Shown here: in pieces, positions 9,403 through 17,931 of the stretch
Layout: each line of letters begins with the position of its first letter
Position numbering within the stretch: position 1 is the stretch's first letter
Virus record (IMG/VR): IMGVR_UViG_3300031716_000014
Span: 1-50,025 of that record
Direction: 5' to 3' (one strand)
DNA from: a virus
Taxonomy: Duplodnaviria; Caudoviricetes
Length of the DNA: 50,025 bases
Translations under genes and position numbers: made by a program
The notes under the pieces: model-generated
Databases searched by the model: none
Told to the model about the DNA's origin: nothing
What the model saw: only the letters and a program-made list of their open reading frames with translations

Positions 9403-10638
9403 ATGACGAACACCAACGACGTCAACGCTCAGTTCGACGGCGAGAAGATCGCTCAGCTTGCCGCACAGGCCGCCAAGATCGAGCGCGCGGCCGAACGGCT
9501 CGCGATGTTCCGCCAGAAGGAAGCGAACGGCGACGTCAAGATCACCGAGCAGGGGAACGGCACCTTCGCCGTGACCATGCTCACCGGATGGGACCGGGGG
9601 GAGACGTTCACCGTTCGCACGAACGGGACGGTGCTCATGAACCACGGTCTCGACCTGAAGGAGAACGGCGACGCCGCTCTGTACCTCATGAGCGACGGTC
9701 CGGCGTGGCATGGTCTCGGGACCGTGGTCCCTGAGGGTCTGGCGACCGGCGCGGAAGTCCTTCGCGCTGCCGGGCTCGACTGGACCGTTGAGCAGACGGC
9801 CGCGACCTTCACCGGTCCGGACGGCAAGACTCGCGAGGTTCCCGACACCTTCGTCAACTACCGTTCCGACACCTTCGAGCCTCTCGGCTCGGTCGGCAAG
9901 ATCTACTACCCGTTCCAGAACCTCACGGCGTACTCGATCTTGGATGAGCTTCTCGGTTACGGGATGATCGCCAAGAGCGCCGGTTCGTTCCGGTCCGGCA
10001 AGAAGGTCTTCGTCTCGGCTGAGGTCCCCACCGATCTCGTGATCGACCCGACCGGGGTCGCCGACCCCGTCTCGCAGTACGTGATCATCACGAACACGCA
10101 CGACGGGAACGGGTCCTTGATCGCGAACATCAGTGAGTGGTACCCGCGCTGTGCGAACACTCACCGGCTCGCGCTGAAGAACGCGACCTCGACGTACAAG
10201 ATCCGCCACACCAAGGGGGGTCTGAACAAGATCGAGGAAGCCCGGAAGGTGCTCGGTCTGGCTCACGAGTATCACGCCGAGTTCGTCGCCGAAGAGACCG
10301 CGCTTGCTCAGGTGGCCTTCGACGCGAACGACCTCGACGACCTGATCTTGCAGGTCTGGGGAGAGCCCGACGCCGACTCGAAGCGTGGCGTCACGCTCGC
10401 CGCGAACCGGCGGGACAAGGTTCATGAGGTCTGGGCCGTCGAGCTGGGTCGGCTCGGGGCAACGGCCTTCGCCGCAGAGAACGCGGTGACCGGCTACCTC
10501 GACCACATGAGCGAGCTTCGCCCGCGCGGTGACCTGAAGGGGAACCGGCTCGCGGCGCTCGGTCAGACCCTTCTCGAAGACACCACGACCGAGAAGAAGT
10601 CGGCCGCTCACGCGGTTCTCATGAACCGGGTCCGCTGA
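9403..10638 (+). CDS. DUF932 family (phage/plasmid-like TIGR03299) protein
   Basis: PAWHGLG, AGLDWTV, LGSVGKIYYPFQN, NTHDGNGS, RCANT, IRHT motifs. Confidence 0.85.
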   Translation: MTNTNDVNAQFDGEKIAQLAAQAAKIERAAERLAMFRQKEANGDVKITEQGNGTFAVTMLTGWDRGETFTVRTNGTVLMNHGLDLKENGDAALYLMSDGPAWHGLGTVVPEGLATGAEVLRAAGLDWTVEQTAATFTGPDGKTREVPDTFVNYRSDTFEPLGSVGKIYYPFQNLTAYSILDELLGYGMIAKSAGSFRSGKKVFVSAEVPTDLVIDPTGVADPVSQYVIITNTHDGNGSLIANISEWYPRCANTHRLALKNATSTYKIRHTKGGLNKIEEARKVLGLAHEYHAEFVAEETALAQVAFDANDLDDLILQVWGEPDADSKRGVTLAANRRDKVHEVWAVELGRLGATAFAAENAVTGYLDHMSELRPRGDLKGNRLAALGQTLLEDTTTEKKSAAHAVLMNRVR

Positions 10639-10644
10639 TCGATC

Positions 10645-10683
10645 GAAAAAGCCCCCGCCGGTGATCCGGACGGGGGCTTTTTC
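10645..10683 (+). terminator. Intrinsic terminator
   Basis: gaaaaagcccccgccgg-tgat-ccggacgggggctttttc. Confidence 0.85.
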
Positions 10684-10694
10684 ATGCCCTGGCT

Positions 10695-10850
10695 CTGTAC
10701 GGCCCTGAGAGCCACGCTGAGCGCCTCGACCCCCCTCTCGGGTGTCATCTATCCGGGGAAGGCGTGACAGGCCGTCAGCGTGCATCTCAGAGCCCCCAAT
10801 CTGGCACTGAAGCCCGAACAAACGCCGGGCTGAGTACATGAGCCCTTCAG
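10695..10850 (+). repeat. Dispersed intergenic repeat, copy B
   Basis: ctgtacggccctgagagccacgctgagcgcctcgacccc...ctatccgg...aaacgccgggctgagtacatgagccc. Confidence 0.85.
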
Positions 10851-10880
10851 GGCCGATTGTGCGCCGGGCTGGATACATCC

Positions 10881-10909
10881 TTGACTGCCGGTCACGTTCG
10901 TGAGATGTT
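10881..10909 (+). promoter_or_regulatory. Promoter with TTGAC-N5-GTCAC operator
   Basis: TTGACT-17bp-GATGTT. Confidence 0.65.
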
Positions 10910-10947
10910 GGGACCCGGCAAGCAACCGACTCTGAGGAGACGATCAC

Positions 10948-11199
10948 ATGGACGCGATCTCGATCGAGATCGAGACCGGCGACCGGTTCACGATCAAGTT
11001 CGATCGCTCGACGATCCACATCGCGGGGATCACGACCCCGTCAGGCCGCGAGGTCTGTTCGGCCGTCGCCACCGTCCGCAGTCTGGACACCGGCCACACC
11101 TTCGGCTCGCTCGCCGACGCGCTGACCGCGATGGACCACAACCGGCGTACGCCGTGCCGGGTCTGCCGGGTCGCCGCTCTGATGATTCTCAACCGCTAG
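10948..11199 (+). CDS. Hypothetical protein (CxxC)
   Basis: RBS gaggag; PCRVC motif. Confidence 0.65.
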   Translation: MDAISIEIETGDRFTIKFDRSTIHIAGITTPSGREVCSAVATVRSLDTGHTFGSLADALTAMDHNRRTPCRVCRVAALMILNR

Positions 11200-11264
11200 A
11201 CCAGCGCGACCCCCGGCGAGCGACCGGCCGCCGGGGGCTTCCAACTCCACTCAGGGAGACGATC

Positions 11265-11522
11265 ATGGCCCGCATGCTCGGAGGAACCGGCAACCGCGAT
11301 CACGACGGCGCGAGCGCCGACCCCGTGAAGCTGAAGCCGACGAAGGCTCAGGGCATCCCGATCAACCTCACAGCCTCGACGCGCTGTGAGCAGTGCGGAA
11401 CCGGCGAGATCTTCGCGGGCAAGCCGGGAAGCCGGATCACCAAGTTCACATGCCGGACGTGCGGGTTCACTCCCGAGACGATCAACAACGGAACCGGCTT
11501 CACCTACCAAAGCCCCAACTGA
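11265..11522 (+). CDS. Zinc-ribbon protein
   Basis: CEQC...CRTC; RBS gggag before ATG 11265. Confidence 0.6.
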   Translation: MARMLGGTGNRDHDGASADPVKLKPTKAQGIPINLTASTRCEQCGTGEIFAGKPGSRITKFTCRTCGFTPETINNGTGFTYQSPN

Positions 11523-11540
11523 TCAAGGAAGGATCGGATC

Positions 11541-11807
11541 ATGGCCGTTGTGATCAATGAGACCGAGTACCAGCGCATGAAGGCCGCGAGCGCCGAGAAG
11601 GACGCGACGATCTCGTACCTTCGCGATCAGCTCAAAGAGCTTCAGGACGCGCACGACTCGACCGTGAACGGGATCTTGGATCTCGCTCCCGAGTGCTGGG
11701 ACGGCGACGCGTACGCCGGGTCGATCGCCGTTGACTTCGTCCGGTCCTTGATCGAGGGGACCACGACTCAGCCCGGACACCGCGACGACTGTACGTGCTT
11801 CGAGTGA
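11541..11807 (+). CDS. Hypothetical coiled-coil protein
   Basis: RBS aaggaagga. Confidence 0.65.
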   Translation: MAVVINETEYQRMKAASAEKDATISYLRDQLKELQDAHDSTVNGILDLAPECWDGDAYAGSIAVDFVRSLIEGTTTQPGHRDDCTCFE

Positions 11808-11817
11808 TCAACCCCTG

Positions 11818-11853
11818 AGAGCCCCCGCCGGTCCGCCGGACGGGGGTTCTTTC
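11818..11853 (+). terminator. Intrinsic terminator
   Basis: agagcccccgccgg..ccggacgggggttctttc. Confidence 0.75.
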
Positions 11854-11872
11854 ATGTCCAGCCGGATTCATG

Positions 11873-11901
11873 TTGACAAGGGGTCACGGCAAGCGCATTA
11901 T
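11873..11901 (+). promoter_or_regulatory. Promoter with TTGAC-N5-GTCAC operator
   Basis: TTGACA-17bp-CATTAT. Confidence 0.75.
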
Positions 11902-11944
11902 GAATTCAGGCAAGTTCAAGTCCACAAGACACGGAGTGATCGAA

Positions 11945-12466
11945 ATGGCCAGCTTCACCACCGCGACCGAGCGTCAGATCTCCTTCCTCGACTCCCTGAT
12001 CACCGAGCGCGGGCTGACGCTGGACAAGGCCGTCATGCTCACCTTCGACACCGACGCGACCGAGACCTTCGAGATCGGCCGCCGCGAGTGCTCCCAGATG
12101 ATCGACGCCGTCAAGGCCGTCCGTCGTCCCGAGCGCGAGCGCACCGTTCCGGCCGCCGGGCTCGAAGCCGGGATGTACAAGATCGGTCAGGACATCTTCC
12201 GCGTCAAGATCTCGGGTGCCGGTCGGCCGTACGCGAACGCGCTCATGACCGAGAACATCCTGAACGGCAACTACGCCGACGCTGCCGTCTGGTTCGAGTA
12301 CGCGCCGGGTGCGATCTACCGGATCAAGCCTGAGCACCGGATGACCGTCGAAGAGTGCGCCGCGTTCGGTGTCCTGTACGGCACGTGCTGTGTCTGCGCT
12401 CGCACCCTGACCGACCCGAAGAGCGTCGCGAAGGGGATCGGGCCGGTCTGCGAGAAGCGCGTGTGA
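11945..12466 (+). CDS. DUF6011-domain protein
   Basis: C-terminal CCVCARTLTDPKSVAKGIGPVC signature; N-terminal ATERQISFL. Confidence 0.8.
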   Translation: MASFTTATERQISFLDSLITERGLTLDKAVMLTFDTDATETFEIGRRECSQMIDAVKAVRRPERERTVPAAGLEAGMYKIGQDIFRVKISGAGRPYANALMTENILNGNYADAAVWFEYAPGAIYRIKPEHRMTVEECAAFGVLYGTCCVCARTLTDPKSVAKGIGPVCEKRV

Positions 12467-12482
12467 CCCCGAGTCCTAGACT

Positions 12483-12516
12483 GAAGCCCCCGCCGGATCA
12501 CCGGTCGGGGGCTTCT
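12483..12516 (+). terminator. Intrinsic terminator
   Basis: gaagcccccgccgg..ccggtcgggggcttc. Confidence 0.7.
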
Positions 12517-12535
12517 CTCGTTCGGAGGTACGGAC

Positions 12536-12880
12536 ATGGCCCAACTCGACGGCGCGGTACCGCTGGTACCGGAACCGGCCGTACCGGGTACCGGTGCGAT
12601 CGACCTCGACGCGACGGTACGCGAGTACGTCGGTCACGCGGTACTGAAGTACCGGCTCGGGGAAACGTACTGGTACTCGGTCGCCGGTACGGTGATCAAC
12701 GCTCCCACGGGACCGAGCCCGGCGTTCGTGGTGACCATGTACGCGCGTTCCCCGGTACTCGGCTCGGTACTGGTCGAGGGTGCCGTTCAGACCGGCTTCC
12801 CGACCGCGACCGAGTTCGACGCGATCGTGTCCAGCCTGATCGAGTCGCTTCGCAAGCAAGCCCGCGCGGCTCTGAGATGA
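12536..12880 (+). CDS. Hypothetical protein encoded by GTAC-dense DNA
   Basis: RBS ggagg; about 15 GTAC in 12528-12772 by hand count. Confidence 0.6.
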   Translation: MAQLDGAVPLVPEPAVPGTGAIDLDATVREYVGHAVLKYRLGETYWYSVAGTVINAPTGPSPAFVVTMYARSPVLGSVLVEGAVQTGFPTATEFDAIVSSLIESLRKQARAALR

Positions 12881-12898
12881 ACTGAGCCGGACATACGA

Positions 12899-12933
12899 AG
12901 AGCCCCCGCCGGTGTGTACCGGACGGGGGCTCT
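12899..12933. terminator. Bidirectional terminator between convergent genes
   Basis: agagcccccgccgg..ccggacgggggctct. Confidence 0.7.
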
Positions 12934-12951
12934 GTCGTCTCAGCGTGGCTC

Positions 12952-13221
12952 TCAGGCCGTCAGGCCGTACGGCGAGCCAGGATCGTTCCGGGGGTCTTCC
13001 TCGACGTCGAGCCGGTCGGCGCACTTGGCGCACATGATCCCCTTCTCGTAGATCTCGCATCCCGCGCGGTAACCCCACTGCCACGCTGGGAGCGCCGCGA
13101 CGATCACGAGAAACCAGAAGCCGGACACGGCACCGATCACGAGCATGCCGAGTGCCAGCAACGCCCAGAAGATCGGGCTCTCGTTCGTGGCCCTGAGCGC
13201 GCCCTGAAGTTCCTTGTACAT
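12952..13221 (-). CDS. Small two-TM membrane protein
   Basis: RBS gaaggga, MYKELQG start; own promoter at 13282. Confidence 0.6.
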   Translation of the reverse strand: MYKELQGALRATNESPIFWALLALGMLVIGAVSGFWFLVIVAALPAWQWGYRAGCEIYEKGIMCAKCADRLDVEEDPRNDPGSPYGLTA

Positions 13222-13253
13222 GATCCGTTTCCCTTCGTTGACTGCCTGAGTCC

Positions 13254-13282
13254 ATGGTGATTCGGGCGTGACCACTTGTCAA
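13254..13282 (-). promoter_or_regulatory. Promoter with TTGAC-N5-GTCAC operator
   Basis: Minus strand TTGACA agtggtcacgcccgaat CACCAT. Confidence 0.65.
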
Positions 13283-13372
13283 CTTAGCCCAGTACTAGAC
13301 TTCGCGATCTTTCGCCCGCGCGTATGTGATCAGGGGCGACGTCTTAGCCTTAGCCCTTAGCCTTCGTTTCGG

Positions 13373-14125
13373 TCAGCCCCACCACTCGGAAAAAAGGGTC
13401 ACAAAATGGGCCACCGGATGCCAGATCATGACCCCGATCGAGAAGGCGATTCCGGCGCACATCAGGGGGACGATCAAGACCTTCTCGATCTTCCCGCCTG
13501 CCTTGATCTTGGCGAGCCGGTACGTCCGTTTCGAGAACGGCCAGAAGATCCGAAGTCCCATCCGAGTGATCATGTCGCCGATCATGTGGACCACGCATCC
13601 GGCCATGATCGCGACGGGGATCAACTGGAGATTGATCGTCGAGAAGCACACGACGGAGATCACGAACGGGAAGGGTGCAAGATCATCCAACCATGATCGC
13701 CGGAACCACGACCCGACCCGTCCGGGTACCGCGCGGAACAACCGGAGGAACGCCGCGAGTACCAAGATCAGTACCGCACAAAGGATCACCCGAGCGAGTA
13801 CCTGTACCGCAGTCAGCGCCACGCCTTCGAGCGGTACCGGGTAGCCGTCCCGTACCGCGACGGCACCGGCGAGCACGGTACCGAGTGCCAGTACCCCCGG
13901 TACCGAGTGCGTGATCTGCCGGTGTCCCACGAGCTTCGAGAACCCTCGCGTCACCGGTCCGTACGTTCGGGACACGGTACTTTTCGCGTGGTCCACGTCC
14001 GGTAGCAGGGACGATCCCGGTACCACCATGCCGAGTACCACAAGGGACGCGACGTCGAGGTTCAGGTACGCACCGGCGAGCGTAACGGCGAGTACTCCGC
14101 TGATTGCATGTGACCGACCCATCAT
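13373..14125 (-). CDS. YdjM-family (LexA-binding, inner-membrane) metal-dependent hydrolase
   Basis: MMGRSH, LLPDVDH, GHRQITHS, HMIGDMIT..G..FWP motifs; RBS aggagg. Confidence 0.88.
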   Translation of the reverse strand: MMGRSHAISGVLAVTLAGAYLNLDVASLVVLGMVVPGSSLLPDVDHAKSTVSRTYGPVTRGFSKLVGHRQITHSVPGVLALGTVLAGAVAVRDGYPVPLEGVALTAVQVLARVILCAVLILVLAAFLRLFRAVPGRVGSWFRRSWLDDLAPFPFVISVVCFSTINLQLIPVAIMAGCVVHMIGDMITRMGLRIFWPFSKRTYRLAKIKAGGKIEKVLIVPLMCAGIAFSIGVMIWHPVAHFVTLFSEWWG

Positions 14126-14148
14126 CGGTACCACCTCCTGAACTGAGC

Positions 14149-14177
14149 TTGACATAGAGTCACGAGTAACGCACACT
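14149..14177 (+). promoter_or_regulatory. Promoter/operator of the spd-tra-like operon (leaderless)
   Basis: TTGACA tagagtcacgagtaacg CACACT, 6 nt before ATG 14184. Confidence 0.65.
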
Positions 14178-14183
14178 CGATCT

Positions 14184-14501
14184 ATGGCAAAGGAAATCGC
14201 GCGCAGAAGCCGGGACGTACCGGCCACTCGTACCGGCGACGTTGACCCGGACGGGTACGCCGGTATGCCTATCGTCATCGCTGAAGATCCGGAATGGCTG
14301 ACGTTCATGGCACCGGAGACCGCACCGTTCGGTACCTGGGTACAGGGCTGGTACCGGTACGCGATCATTCCGGTACGTGGTCTCGGCTACGTCATGCGCC
14401 GTACCGGTGACGTGATCTTGCGCGTCACCATGTACTGGTACGCGACTCTCGGGATCATCCTCAGCGTGATCACGCTGATCATCATCTGGGTAACACGCTA
14501 A
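14184..14501 (+). CDS. Small membrane protein (Spd-like position)
   Basis: C-terminal TM helix; first gene of the operon containing the TraB-like gene. Confidence 0.6.
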   Translation: MAKEIARRSRDVPATRTGDVDPDGYAGMPIVIAEDPEWLTFMAPETAPFGTWVQGWYRYAIIPVRGLGYVMRRTGDVILRVTMYWYATLGIILSVITLIIIWVTR

Positions 14502-14521
14502 GTCCCTGGAAGGACACGATC

Positions 14522-15688
14522 ATGAAACTGTTCACCCGTACCGCGTCGGTCCCAGAGCCGACCGAGACCGTCAAGCCGAAGACGGCCGCCCAACTGGCGA
14601 AGGAAGCCGAGATCGCTCGCGACCAGGCGATCAAGGACGCTCAGGCGAAGGCCGAACTCGACCGGATCAACCGAGCCGCTTCGTTCGAGCGCGAGACCGA
14701 AGAGCGTGAGCGTGCCCGCGTCCGGCAGGCTGAAGAGCTGAAGGACAAGGCGACCAAGCGCAAGATCGACACGACCGAGTTCCGCGCGTTCGCGAACAAG
14801 GCCGTCCCGTACGCGCCCCTGTTCCTGGTGAACGTCGCCGCGATCACCGGTCAGATTGGTTGGGCTCTCGATCATCTGGAGATCGGCGACGCCGGGACCG
14901 TGCTCCGCTGGTTCGCGTCGATCATGTTCGGTGTCACTGCCGAGTCGATCGCCCTGTTCCTTCAGTACTACGCGAACCGGGCTCTGTTGAACCGGGACAG
15001 TGCGGCTTCGCTCTACCTCGCGGCCTTCCTGGTCGCCGGGCTGGTCGCGGCCGTCAACTTCTCGCACTGGTCGAACCCGGCTGACGGCGAGTTCTTCGGC
15101 AAGGTCAACGCGACGGCCGTGATCTTCGCGCTGTGCTCGTTCGCGTCCCCGTGGCTCTGGAGAATCCACAACCGGGCTGAGTACCGCGAAGCGCTTCGGT
15201 CGGCCGGTGAGATCGACTCGCGCGCCGTCAAGCTCAGCGTCAGCCGGAAGATCCTTTACCCGATCCGTTCGTTCCAGGTGATCCGGCTCGCCGCGTGGCA
15301 GGGTGAGACGAACCCGACGAAGGCCGTCGAGATGTACGAGACGCGCCGGATCGCGAAGGCCACCGTCAAGGCGAGCGAGAAGGCTCTTCGGGACGCTGAG
15401 AAGGCTCAGGGCAAGACCACGAAGGAAGTCGAGGCACCGGCACCGGCCGAGACCCCGAAGCCCGCCACCGTGGCGCACAGCAACGGGAACGGCACGCTCA
15501 ACGGCCGCCGCGACATGTCGAACCACACGAAGTGGAACGACGGTCTCGCGACCTACGCCGCTTCGGTGGACTCGGGTTCGCCCCTGAACACCCGTGAGCT
15601 TGCCGCCGCACTCGGACAGAAGAACAAGGTTCTCGCGTCCGCGATCATCCGTCACTACAAGACCGCTCAGGGGGTCAACGGATCATGA
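14522..15688 (+). CDS. DUF2637/SpdA-SpdB2-like protein: coiled coil + 4 TM + C-terminal HTH
   Basis: Charged N-terminal coiled coil, four hydrophobic helices (AAVNFSHW), Pro/Ala linker, LNTRELAAALGQKNKVLASAII HTH-like end. Confidence 0.65.
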   Translation: MKLFTRTASVPEPTETVKPKTAAQLAKEAEIARDQAIKDAQAKAELDRINRAASFERETEERERARVRQAEELKDKATKRKIDTTEFRAFANKAVPYAPLFLVNVAAITGQIGWALDHLEIGDAGTVLRWFASIMFGVTAESIALFLQYYANRALLNRDSAASLYLAAFLVAGLVAAVNFSHWSNPADGEFFGKVNATAVIFALCSFASPWLWRIHNRAEYREALRSAGEIDSRAVKLSVSRKILYPIRSFQVIRLAAWQGETNPTKAVEMYETRRIAKATVKASEKALRDAEKAQGKTTKEVEAPAPAETPKPATVAHSNGNGTLNGRRDMSNHTKWNDGLATYAASVDSGSPLNTRELAAALGQKNKVLASAIIRHYKTAQGVNGS

Positions 15689-17580
15689 CAGCATCGGTCC
15701 GGCGGTTGTACCTGAACCCGCCGAAGTACCGATCATCTAAGAAGGGTGCCGGGTCCTCAGACGGGCTCGGCACCTTCCTTAATGATCACAGAGAAGAGAT
15801 CGCGCCGTACGTGCTCGCCTGGTTCTACTGGCTCGCGACGGCGCTTGTCGGCCGCGACCCCCTTCGGGTCGCCTGGTTCGTCAGCGTGTCGGCGCTGTGC
15901 TCGGTAATGATCTACTTCTTCGGCTACAAGTTCCGCGCGCTCCGTCAGTTCACGGCGAAGGGCAAGAACGGCCGGTCGAGGAAGCAGAAGATCAGGCTCG
16001 CGTACGTGCTCGCCGCGCCGTTCGTGCTCGCCGCATGGGCGACATGGGCGACATGGCCGAACGCCGCGAGCGACGGTCTTCCGCACCGGCCGACCCTTTG
16101 GGATTCGGTCGTGTTGATCCTGGTAACGCTGGTCGCTGCCGGACCATGGCTCTTCGAGCTGAGATCGAAGCGGAAGGTCGTACTCACGCTCGACGGTCTG
16201 AGCCGCGAAGAGCACGACACGGCTCGCCGGGACGCACGGACGTTGATCAACGGTTGGGTCGGCTGGACCGGCCGATCCGGCTTGACCGGCGCGCGACTGA
16301 AGGGGCTCACCTTCTCGCGCTGGTCACGTTGTATCGAGCTGGAAATGCGACACGGCTCGACGACGCTCAACTTCACCGCGCTTCGGATGAACAAGATCGA
16401 GACGGCTTCGCTCTGGACGATCGCCCCCGGCATGGCTCGGGTCGATCGCTCGGAGACCGACGCGCGCCGGTTGACGATCCGGTACATGCTCGCCGATCCG
16501 CACGCCGAGACCATGCCCCCGCCGGACTTCGACGAGATGGACGACAAGATGATCTCGCTCGGGGTCTTCGAGAACGCCATGACCGTCTGGTTCGAGTGGG
16601 TCAACACGCTGGTTGCCGGACTCACCCGAGCCGGGAAGTCGGCTCTCGTGAACACCTTGATCCGCGCGTTCGCGAAGATCCCTCACGTCGCGATCGTCGG
16701 TATCGACCTGAAGCCGGGTGCTCCCGAACTCGGACCGTGGCGCGACGTCTTCGCGGCGCTCGCCGACAGTCCCGAGAAGACTCACGCGCTACTCGATCAG
16801 ATCTTGATCGGGCTTCAGCGTCGCGGCGATCTCATGCTTCAGCGTGGTTGGCGAAACTGGCGAGTGACGGTCAAGGAACCGTTCCTCGTTCTGATCGTTG
16901 ACGAGATCCAGCGACTCGACCGGAAGGCTCGGGACAAGGTCGCGGACATCGCGGCGATCATCGGCGCGTACGGCGGGATCGTGGTGATCGCGACTCAGTA
17001 TCCGGTGAAGGAGAACCTTCCTTCCAAGATCAAGCAAAACCTGAGCCAGCGAATCGGGTTCCGTACGGCGGACGCCGTCGCCGACCGAGTGATCTTCGGG
17101 GACTCGGCGACGCGTACCGGCTGGAAGCCTTCGGAGCTTTGCCCTGAAGGTCGTCCCGGTTCGTTCTTGATCAGGAACGGGACGCACGTCCGGCCGGTGC
17201 TCGCTCGCGGCTGGTTCAACGACGAAGCCGAAGTGATCAGGGAAGCCGACGTTCTGAGTCGTCACCGGACCGAGATCGACCGCGCCACCTGGAACGGCGA
17301 TCTTGAGTCGGCGATCATGGATGCCGAGTTGGTCGAGCACGATTCGCGACCAGCGATCGAGTCCGTGAAGACGACTCGTGATCAAGTTCTCGAAGCGATC
17401 GAGATCGGGCACGGGACCCCGAAGGCCGTCAGTGCCTATACCGAGATCCCGTACTCGACCGTGAAATTGATCATCAGTCAGCTTGCCGAAGCCGGGCAGA
17501 TCGAGCATGACGGACCGCGCTCGCCATGGCGGCCGACCGCGTTCGACCCGGACGACGGCGAGCCGGACCCGATAGACTGA
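15685..17580 (+). CDS. FtsK/SpoIIIE-family DNA translocase, TraB-like (actinomycete conjugation)
   Basis: N-terminal TMs, Walker A GLTRAGKS, IDLKPG, Walker B LVLIVDE, ATQYP, RIGFR, C-terminal winged-HTH (TPKAVSAYTEIPYSTVKLIISQLAEAGQI). Confidence 0.85.
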   Translation: MTASVRRLYLNPPKYRSSKKGAGSSDGLGTFLNDHREEIAPYVLAWFYWLATALVGRDPLRVAWFVSVSALCSVMIYFFGYKFRALRQFTAKGKNGRSRKQKIRLAYVLAAPFVLAAWATWATWPNAASDGLPHRPTLWDSVVLILVTLVAAGPWLFELRSKRKVVLTLDGLSREEHDTARRDARTLINGWVGWTGRSGLTGARLKGLTFSRWSRCIELEMRHGSTTLNFTALRMNKIETASLWTIAPGMARVDRSETDARRLTIRYMLADPHAETMPPPDFDEMDDKMISLGVFENAMTVWFEWVNTLVAGLTRAGKSALVNTLIRAFAKIPHVAIVGIDLKPGAPELGPWRDVFAALADSPEKTHALLDQILIGLQRRGDLMLQRGWRNWRVTVKEPFLVLIVDEIQRLDRKARDKVADIAAIIGAYGGIVVIATQYPVKENLPSKIKQNLSQRIGFRTADAVADRVIFGDSATRTGWKPSELCPEGRPGSFLIRNGTHVRPVLARGWFNDEAEVIREADVLSRHRTEIDRATWNGDLESAIMDAELVEHDSRPAIESVKTTRDQVLEAIEIGHGTPKAVSAYTEIPYSTVKLIISQLAEAGQIEHDGPRSPWRPTAFDPDDGEPDPID

Positions 17581-17620
17581 GCAGTGATCGGAACCGGACT
17601 CGCGGCCGGTATCCAAGATC

Positions 17621-17659
17621 GGAGAGCCCCCGGACGACCACGGTCGCCGGGGGTTTTTC
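17621..17659 (+). terminator. Intrinsic terminator
   Basis: gagagcccccggacgacc..ggtcgccgggggtttttc. Confidence 0.7.
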
Positions 17660-17685
17660 GTGTCTTCGTGACTCTCCGTCGATAT

Positions 17686-17845
17686 GCCCCTGTACGGCCC
17701 TGAGAGCCACGCTGAGCGCCTCGACCCCCTTCCCGGTACTCGCTATCCGGGTACCCCGAGTTCGTCGTTTCCCCTGGTCATCAGGGCTTCGCTTCGGGCC
17801 GTCGAGGCTCATTAAACGCCGGGCTGAATACATGCGCCCCTGAGG
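17686..17845 (+). repeat. Dispersed intergenic repeat, copy C
   Basis: cccctgtacggccctgagagccacgctgagcgcctcgacccc...ctatccgg...ttcgtcgtttcccctggtcatcaggg...aaacgccgggctgaatacatg. Confidence 0.88.
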
Positions 17846-17864
17846 GTGTCACGCGCCGTATCGC

Positions 17865-17893
17865 TTGACCGGGTGTCACTCGGATGAGAGAAT
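17865..17893 (+). promoter_or_regulatory. Promoter with TTGAC-N5-GTCAC operator
   Basis: TTGACC-17bp-GAGAAT. Confidence 0.7.
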
Positions 17894-17931
17894 CAGGTCA
17901 TGCCCCAAGAACACGGAGGGATACCAGGATC

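Noticed and set aside
15685-17580. FtsK protein as a T7SS EccC or a packaging ATPase
   Set aside because: Single ATPase domain with C-terminal wHTH, no WXG100 genes nearby, and a canonical terminase is present
17545-17598. GA-N-CCGGA octamers (gacccgga, gagccgga, gaaccgga) at the end of the TraB-like gene as a clt locus
   Set aside because: Only three imperfect, irregularly spaced copies in CCGG-rich DNA; too weak to call, though worth testing
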